Of a stretch of 64,000 nucleotides of DNA, positions 57,921-64,000 are shown one piece after another. Below the pieces are notes generated by a model. It ran no database searches. It was given only the letters and a program-made list of their open reading frames with translations, and had not been told where the DNA came from. Origin of the DNA: Candidatus Bathyarchaeota archaeon (GTDB lineage: Archaea > Thermoproteota > Bathyarchaeia > Bathyarchaeales > Bathycorpusculaceae); NCBI GenBank assembly GCA_963828195.1, contig CAWHDT010000001.1, positions 96,001 through 160,000 on the forward strand. Direction: 5' to 3'. How positions within the stretch are numbered: the stretch's first letter is position 1; each line of letters starts with the position of its first letter. Both the position numbers and the translations under genes were made by a program.

Positions 57921-59420
57921 TTACAGGAACCCTTTGGATCTTCTGGCAACTGCGTCGGCAATTTTCAATTCAATTGGGAACGAAAATGACCTGTGTTTCC
58001 ATCGGTATTTCTCGATTTTGTTCATTATTGTGTAAGCTGTTTTGAATGCGAAGTCGCGTTCTTTTATTCGCTCTTGAGGATAGAAGGCAAGTCGGCTGAC
58101 AGCTGAGATCGTGTGTAGTTTTGCTACTTGTTTTTTGCTGTGCCATGGGGGGTCGAAATGGAAAACGTGGATGCTTCCCCACTCTTCTAGCGTTTGAGGC
58201 GGTGTATAGCCTGGGGGTAAAATTTGGGTTAGGGGGCTTGGGAAGGGTGTGTAGACGAATATGCCGTAGTGCTGGGTCTTGGGGTTTACTTCAGTCATTT
58301 TGTCCATGAGGTCGAAGGTTTGGTTTAGGTCTTGGTCTGTTTCGCCTGGTAAGCCGCTCATCCATGACACGTAGGGTTCGATGGTGGGTGCCCATGCCTT
58401 GAGGTTTGAAACTGACTGGAGCATTTGGTCCGCCGTCACGTCCTTGCATATGAGCTCCTGCAGACGTGATGAACCCGATTCGCCTCCGAAATCAAGCTCG
58501 ACGCAGCCAGCCCGCTCCAGAAGCCCGAGGAATTCCCTGTCGTAAGTGGACAGGTAATCGAATCGGCAGTTAGCCCGCCACCGAACGTCGAGTTTCCGAT
58601 CCAAAATGCCTTGGCAGATTTCTCTGACCCGCTGTTGATCCACAAAAACGTTGTCGTCAATGGGATCGATTATTTTGACGTTGGGAAACCGCTTCAGGAT
58701 GTAGTCTATTTCGTCAAGAACCCGTTTCGCGCTTTTTCCACGCCACCTTTTCTTGTTGAATTGGGTGTTGTAGCAGAAGCCGCATCGGTGGGGGCAGCCT
58801 CTGCTTGTTTGGATGTGGAATCTGCCTGATTTCACCGAGGGGTACCGTTCCATTTCTAGGAGATTGTAGGGCAACTCGATGGGGATTTGGTCTAAGTCGA
58901 TTACTTCGCCGTCGGGGTTGCTTTTGACTTCGGCGCCGACCCGGTAGGTTACGCCTGCAACGTTGTTAAGCGGCTGACCAGAAGCAAGGGCGTTTGCCAA
59001 GTCCTTGATTATCAGTTCTCCTTCTCCGCGGACAACCACGTCGACGAGGGGGTTGCTTGCGGTTTGCTGAGGCAGCAGGGTTGGATGTACGCCGCCCCAG
59101 ACCAGCGGGCACGACGGGTTCTGCGTCTTGGCGGAACAGGCGAATTCCAAGGCGTACTTGATTTGTAAGCCGCTCATGCAGGTTATGCCGATGAAGAGGG
59201 GGTCGCCGATTTTGATTTGCCGGTAGTCTTGGAGGCGCATGTCAAGAATTCTGACGGCGTAGCCTTCTTGCTGGAGGGATGCGGCGATGTGGAGGAGGGC
59301 CAACGGAACCTGGGGGTCGGGGGCTTTGAATTTTCCGGGGAAAACAAGCAGAACGTCTCTTTTGGGGTTACCGAGGTCTAAACTGCAGAAACGGGATAGG
59401 CATGCTCGGGAAAATGACAA
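57921..59420 (-). CDS. Cobalamin-binding radical SAM protein
   Basis: PLALLHIAA, WGGVHPT, VRGEGE, TSRGCPHRCGFC, GGESGS, GLPGET. Confidence 0.93.
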   Translation of the reverse strand: MSFSRACLSRFCSLDLGNPKRDVLLVFPGKFKAPDPQVPLALLHIAASLQQEGYAVRILDMRLQDYRQIKIGDPLFIGITCMSGLQIKYALEFACSAKTQNPSCPLVWGGVHPTLLPQQTASNPLVDVVVRGEGELIIKDLANALASGQPLNNVAGVTYRVGAEVKSNPDGEVIDLDQIPIELPYNLLEMERYPSVKSGRFHIQTSRGCPHRCGFCYNTQFNKKRWRGKSAKRVLDEIDYILKRFPNVKIIDPIDDNVFVDQQRVREICQGILDRKLDVRWRANCRFDYLSTYDREFLGLLERAGCVELDFGGESGSSRLQELICKDVTADQMLQSVSNLKAWAPTIEPYVSWMSGLPGETDQDLNQTFDLMDKMTEVNPKTQHYGIFVYTPFPSPLTQILPPGYTPPQTLEEWGSIHVFHFDPPWHSKKQVAKLHTISAVSRLAFYPQERIKERDFAFKTAYTIMNKIEKYRWKHRSFSFPIELKIADAVARRSKGFL

Positions 59421-59626
59421 CTCTAAAAAGCCTCATTATATAATGGGGAGATTGCCCTTTTAATCCTTCCTAAATCCAACCCGCCTGTGAAGCTTAAAAA
59501 TCTAAGCATAAATCAAGCTCTAACCCAGAAAATCAATTAGAAACCAGCCCTGACTCTAAACAACCTCTCCTAAAGAAGGGTCTACTATTTGTGCCAAAAA
59601 CCAGCCGCAAAAAGAAACAGGACAAA

Positions 59627-59673
59627 GAAGAAGAAGAAAAACGATTTCACGGAGCTTCTTCTTCTTTTAAAAA
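59627..59673. repeat. Dispersed palindromic element, copy B
   Basis: GAAGAAGAAGAAAAACGATTT-CACGGAG-CTTCTTCTTCTTTTAAAAA. Confidence 0.85.
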
Positions 59674-59711
59674 TAATTTTTTAGATGGCTGCATTAAATC
59701 CGGGTTCTTTA

Positions 59712-59754
59712 GAAGAACAACATTTGAATTCCAGGTGTTGTTGTTCTTTTAAAA
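59712..59754. repeat. Variant palindromic element, copy C
   Basis: GAAGAACAAC-N15-GTTGTTGTTC-TTTTAAAA. Confidence 0.6.
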
Positions 59755-59905
59755 TTTAAAAATCAGCAACAAAAAGCCAGCCACAAAAAAACGCACGCAA
59801 AAGACTTCTCCTACCCCCACAACCTAGAACCAGTCACCACAAAAAACGGCGGCAAAGCTAAAGTGAATAAAAGCAATAAAGAAGTGGAAAAGCCGAAACG
59901 GGGCT

Positions 59906-60310
59906 TTATTTTAGCGGCACGTACATTGATGATCGTGATGCGCCGATGCCTGGGGTTCCATGCCTGACTGGTTTGTTAGTTACTGCGAATTCGCCTAGAT
60001 AGTGCCCGATCATTTCAGGTTTCATTTCGACGCTGACGAATTCTTTGCCGTTGTGGATCTGGATTTTGATGCCGACCATTTCGGGCAGGATAATGAGGTC
60101 GCGAACGTGGGTTTTTAGGTTGACTTCTTTGCCTTGTTTCTGGGCTTCTTTAGCTTCTCTTAGCTTCTCGAGCAGTATGCGTTGTTCAGGAGTTAACCCG
60201 CGCTGCAGACTTCTTCTTTGGCGTGAGGGAAGCAGGTTGATGAATTCGTCCATAGACATTCCTGTCAAACTGTTTAAGCTGTGTCCGCGGTAACTGAATT
60301 CTTTAGGCAT
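59906..60310 (-). CDS. rps19p: 30S ribosomal protein S19 (uS19)
   Basis: [40 protein letters not shown]. Confidence 0.97.
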   Translation of the reverse strand: MPKEFSYRGHSLNSLTGMSMDEFINLLPSRQRRSLQRGLTPEQRILLEKLREAKEAQKQGKEVNLKTHVRDLIILPEMVGIKIQIHNGKEFVSVEMKPEMIGHYLGEFAVTNKPVRHGTPGIGASRSSMYVPLK

Positions 60311-60363
60311 TTTTCATCTTCACCTTAAACTTATATTAAACGCTATAAACCTTCTGCCACTTC

Positions 60364-61104
60364 TTAGCGGATTGCGCGCTTCTTTTTCTGTCCTGGTCCC
60401 CTTGCCGCGATCAACCCTACTTTTTGTCCTGGTGGAGCCCCATGCGAGGTTGTTGTGCATCTGCGGGAGCTGCGTTTGCTGCTGCCGAAGGGGTGGCATG
60501 CTGGAACCATTTTGCGTCCGCTGACTCGTGGATACTTGTGGCCTTTAGCTTTCATTCTATGGAACATCGATCCTGCTTTAAGGAAAGGCTTCTCGATTCG
60601 CCCAGCGGCTGAAACCACGCCTACAGTTGTCAAACAGAAGTCGTTAACGTACCTTGTTCTGCCAGAAGGCAAACGAATCATCGTGCCCTGCGGAGTATGA
60701 CCTACGACGGTAGCGTAGGCACCGGAGGACTTGGCCATTTTGCCGCCGTCGCCTGGACGAAGCTCCAAATCGCAAACAATTGTTCCTTCAGGCACTTTTC
60801 CCAAAGGAAGAATGTTGCCTATTTCAGCCGGAGCTTTTCCGCCGTAGTGGATTTGCTGTCCGATGAAAAGGCCTTCTGGGACAACGGTGTAGCAGGATAA
60901 GCCGTTTTCGAATTTAACAAGTGAGATCGGCGCTCCGCTGCCAGGGTTATGCAGAAGAGCTTCGACTTTGCCAGTTAATGAAGCTTCAAATGATTCTTTC
61001 GGGGCTATGGTAGGATACTTTGCAGGAGCAACTCTCTTATGAGTTGAAGCTCGCCAGTTGATTCCGCCACGACCGCGTCTTTGAACACGAATACGTTTTC
61101 CCAT
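60364..61104 (-). CDS. rpl2p: 50S ribosomal protein L2 (uL2)
   Basis: MGKRIRVQRRGRG, GNILPL, PGDGGK, PPGQKVGLIAAR. Confidence 0.96.
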   Translation of the reverse strand: MGKRIRVQRRGRGGINWRASTHKRVAPAKYPTIAPKESFEASLTGKVEALLHNPGSGAPISLVKFENGLSCYTVVPEGLFIGQQIHYGGKAPAEIGNILPLGKVPEGTIVCDLELRPGDGGKMAKSSGAYATVVGHTPQGTMIRLPSGRTRYVNDFCLTTVGVVSAAGRIEKPFLKAGSMFHRMKAKGHKYPRVSGRKMVPACHPFGSSKRSSRRCTTTSHGAPPGQKVGLIAARGPGQKKKRAIR

Positions 61105-61124
61105 AAGTCATGCCTTCAATTAGT

Positions 61125-61385
61125 TTAGAGTATTCCAAGTTTAATGGCGACGTCTGAAGCCTTGTATTCAGGTGTCAGCTTCACAAAAGCTTTTTTTACG
61201 CCTTGAGGAGTAATCAGCATGTTCACTTTGCTGACTTTAACTTCGTAAAGTTCCTCAACCGCTTTTCTTACGTCGCTTTTTCCCGCTTTCAAGTTAACTA
61301 CGAATATGAGTTTGTTATCCCGTTCAACCATTACGCTTGCAGATTCAGTCATTAACGGGAAAGATATAACTTCGTTGCTGTCCAC
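61125..61385 (-). CDS. rpl23p: 50S ribosomal protein L23 (uL23)
   Basis: PLMTE, NKLIFVV, KVNMLITPQGVKKAFVKL. Confidence 0.96.
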   Translation of the reverse strand: MDSNEVISFPLMTESASVMVERDNKLIFVVNLKAGKSDVRKAVEELYEVKVSKVNMLITPQGVKKAFVKLTPEYKASDVAIKLGIL

Positions 61386-62179
61386 TATGCAGTTCCTCCT
61401 TCACCATAAAGCTTACCCAATCTTTCGATAGCGCCGTTAGTCCAAAGCGTTAACCGTCCCGGATGAGTTCCCGGAGCCAACATTTCCGTGTTAAGATTAG
61501 CAACCGTGGTAACTTCAACGCCTGGAACGTTACTTGCAGCGTTCACCAAGCCTTTATTTTCAGCCACTACAATGAGGGGCCCAACGGCTTGCTTCATTTT
61601 TCGTCCTCTGTGCTTGCCTTTGCCAGCGCGGATTTTCCGGCTGTCCCGCACCCGGGTAATATCTTGCAAGATGCCTAGGCTTGTGAGGGTTTCCTCGACT
61701 TCTTTAGCCTTCATTAAACCTTCAATAGCGTCTTCAACTATCAAGGGTATCTGAACAACATTTTCGATCTTGTGACCACGTGAAGCCACGGTTTCCTTCT
61801 GCGATGTAGCTGCAATCGCCGAAAATAACGCGAGTTTAGCCTCTTTCTTCGGGATACTTTTTAGTATTTTCTTTTCAGCTCTTGGCGGATGAGGCTGCCT
61901 TCCTTTAACTGTGCTTGGAGCAAAAGCTGCTCTTCCACTGCCGCCTTTGATACGTGGAACTCTTGCAATTGCGCTGCCTGTTCCGCGTGATTCCGCAGTG
62001 GTTCTTTTTCCAGCCATGGGGTCTCTGCCTTGAGGTTGTATGCTGCTGGATTGGATGGCTAGTACCGCACGTTTTATCACGTCGGGTCTTAGCGGCGTTA
62101 AAAATATGTCAGGAAGAGCTATTTTTCCTGTTGATTTACCTGTTAAGTCAAAAATTTCTGCTGTTTTTTGTGGTGCCAT
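61385..62179 (-). CDS. rpl4p: 50S ribosomal protein L4 (uL4)
   Basis: RPDVIKRAV, TTAESRGTG, RAGKGKHRGR, LAPGTHPGRLT. Confidence 0.96.
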   Translation of the reverse strand: MAPQKTAEIFDLTGKSTGKIALPDIFLTPLRPDVIKRAVLAIQSSSIQPQGRDPMAGKRTTAESRGTGSAIARVPRIKGGSGRAAFAPSTVKGRQPHPPRAEKKILKSIPKKEAKLALFSAIAATSQKETVASRGHKIENVVQIPLIVEDAIEGLMKAKEVEETLTSLGILQDITRVRDSRKIRAGKGKHRGRKMKQAVGPLIVVAENKGLVNAASNVPGVEVTTVANLNTEMLAPGTHPGRLTLWTNGAIERLGKLYGEGGTA

Positions 62180-62190
62180 GGCTTTTCAAC

Positions 62191-63204
62191 CTATTTTCCT
62201 TGTGGAGATTCCAGCGATATATATGTGATTTGCGGTGCGGCCTCTGGAATTTCTGTTGGTGGACGCGCAGGAACACGTAGGCGAATTTGGCGTTTTTCTG
62301 TTCCAGGAATGCTTCCTTCGATCAAAACGTAGGGTCCTTTTACTTCGCCATACCTGATGTATCCGCCTTTAACGGTTACTTCTTTGCCGTCTTTACCGAT
62401 TTTCAGTATGCGTTTGTTGAATTCTATGCGTTGATGATAACCCATTTGGCCTGCTCTTGGAATCGAGTACATTAAGTGATGTGGATTCCATGGGCCTAAA
62501 GTGGCGATGCCACGTTTTGTTTTTCTGCCCTTATGCTGCAGGCACGTTACGCCCCAACGTTTTACTGGCCCCTGGAAGCCTTTGCCAACTGTGACTCCGC
62601 CAATATCGATGTATTGTCCGTCTTTGAATACTTCTTCAGGCGCCACTGTTTTGCCGAGCAGTTGTTTGGCGTATTCAAATTGCTGCTGAATTGTGCCTCC
62701 GCCGATTTGGACTTCGCTTACTTCAGGCTTTTTCTTTGAAAGGCTGGTTTGAGATGGCTGTGTAGCGGTTATAACTCGGATTGCGGAGGTTACTTCTATG
62801 TTTTCCTGGATTTTCTCAAGCATCTCTTCAGTGTTAAAGGTTTCTGGAAGAACCAGCGTTCGGTCAAGGATTGCCGGTGGCTCTTTCATCCATGCTTCCG
62901 AAATGTTCTGGAGTCCATAGGGTGTTTTTGTGTAAGTTCGCATTCCGCAGATGAGAATCGGCGGTGTTTCCAGTATGGTTGCGGCTTTCATGACTTCTTT
63001 GCCAAAGTGAGGTGAACGTTTGCGGTCTTCAATTGTGAAGACGTAGGTCATTCCTGCTTTGTAGGCTGAAAAACCCAAAAGCTTCGGAGAGTCAGATTTT
63101 ATTTTTGGCCAAAAACGGATTCGCGCAACCGGTTTCTTAGCGCGTTTCCTAGGTAAATAAGAAAGTGAACCATGTTTTGGAGCGTGAGTTTTCCGATGTC
63201 CCAT
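62191..63204 (-). CDS. rpl3p: 50S ribosomal protein L3 (uL3)
   Basis: PKHGSL, YKAGMT, GKGFQGPVKRWG, AGQMGYHQR. Confidence 0.97.
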   Translation of the reverse strand: MGHRKTHAPKHGSLSYLPRKRAKKPVARIRFWPKIKSDSPKLLGFSAYKAGMTYVFTIEDRKRSPHFGKEVMKAATILETPPILICGMRTYTKTPYGLQNISEAWMKEPPAILDRTLVLPETFNTEEMLEKIQENIEVTSAIRVITATQPSQTSLSKKKPEVSEVQIGGGTIQQQFEYAKQLLGKTVAPEEVFKDGQYIDIGGVTVGKGFQGPVKRWGVTCLQHKGRKTKRGIATLGPWNPHHLMYSIPRAGQMGYHQRIEFNKRILKIGKDGKEVTVKGGYIRYGEVKGPYVLIEGSIPGTEKRQIRLRVPARPPTEIPEAAPQITYISLESPQGK

Positions 63205-63322
63205 TTTACTTCAGCTTCGCGCCCTATGCAAATATAAAATAACGTTATAAACGTTCCCATCCAAAACAGGAAACCGCCGCAGATTTGAGCATCTAGCCAA
63301 ATTCGCTTTATTGTTTCCCACG

Positions 63323-63601
63323 GATTTTTAAGTTGCGACTTTTGTGTTGGCGTAAGTTGCGACTTTCCGCTCTGGGTCTTTGTGTTTTGGGTTGCTTTTT
63401 TGGTTTGGGGCTTGAGTGCGTTTGCGTGCTGCGACTTTAGGATGGGCGGATGCGACTTTCCATGTTGGCTTTATGCTGCGGTTATTGTCGGTTTTGGGCG
63501 CGGCGGCTTTCTCTGTCCAGGTTCCGTTTGCTTAGGTTTTGGTTTTCAAATTGGGAAGCGTGGAGGGTTGGCGGCTGCATCTTTCGCAACAAGGGTTAAC
63601 T
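63323..63601. repeat. Dispersed non-coding element, copy 2 (four TGCGACTTT boxes)
   Basis: Boxes at 63334, 63358, 63430, 63451; colinear with 5018-5197. Confidence 0.85.
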
Positions 63602-63723
63602 GTATGCTGTTCAGTTCGAGGGCTTTAAGCGTTGATTAACCATCACACCCGTGCACCCCTCCCGCAGCCTGCAGCCTCCGTTAGAAAACATTTTTACATC
63701 CCAAACACAAATCCTATACCTGC

Positions 63724-63853
63724 GCCGGGGTGGCAGAGTGGTTAATGCGCCAGCCTCGAGATCCAAATTTGCACAAAAGGGGCTGTGCCAAAATCGACAA
63801 GCCAGCTGGTGGGCTTCGCGCCCGCAAGGGTTCGAATCCCTTCCCCGGCGCCA
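63724..63853 (+). tRNA. tRNA-Ser(CGA) with 43-nt intron at position 37/38 (63761-63803)
   Basis: GCCGGGG/CCCCGGC acceptor stem, CCAGC-CTCGAG|...|A-GCTGG anticodon arm, long variable arm GGGCTTCGCGCCC, AAGGG-TTCGAAT-CCCTT T arm, CCA. Confidence 0.93.
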
Positions 63854-64000
63854 ATTTTTAGAGCTAATTTCAAGGCTATTTTATAGAAAGGAGCATGATT
63901 TTGCCTTATTTGGCATTGCCCAGAAAAAGGTTAAAATTCGAGAAGCATTTTTTACTAGTAAAAGTTGAGCGAATTCGCAACTTAGTTCTATTCAGGACAA

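Noticed and set aside
63651-63968. 105-aa ORF
   Set aside because: It spans the intron-containing tRNA-Ser

Overview
Archaeal chromosomal window, most likely Bathyarchaeia (inferred from co-occurring eS25, eS26, archaeal histone, Alba, class I LysRS, CofD, Fae-Hps, Tes and a large PQQ-like beta-propeller surface protein). It is mostly housekeeping: ribosomal proteins (eS17, eS25, eS26, eS1, eS6, eS24, eS31, uL3-uL4-uL23-uL2-uS19), Rpo6/Rpo7/Spt4, aIF2-gamma, SerRS, LysRS, thermosome, pyrC, tmk, trpB2/trpY, and three tRNAs (Arg-GCG, Glu-TTC, intron-containing Ser-CGA). I saw no integrase, transposase, CRISPR array or rRNA. The most notable signals are: (1) a Fae-Hps formaldehyde enzyme with an N-terminal Fis-like HTH whose own promoter carries repeated CCGACAT/ATGTCGG motifs (candidate self-regulating enzyme); (2) dispersed non-coding elements: two copies of a four-box TGCGACTTT element, two copies plus a compensatory variant of a GAAGAAGAAG/CTTCTTCTTC palindrome, and a CGTT array at exact 10-bp phase beside tRNA-Arg; (3) a YdjG/YdjI-like SPFH stress module with no PspA; (4) clear operator motifs for TrpY and TetR, and an unknown one upstream of alba. 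All product calls are by motif recognition; no database searches were run.
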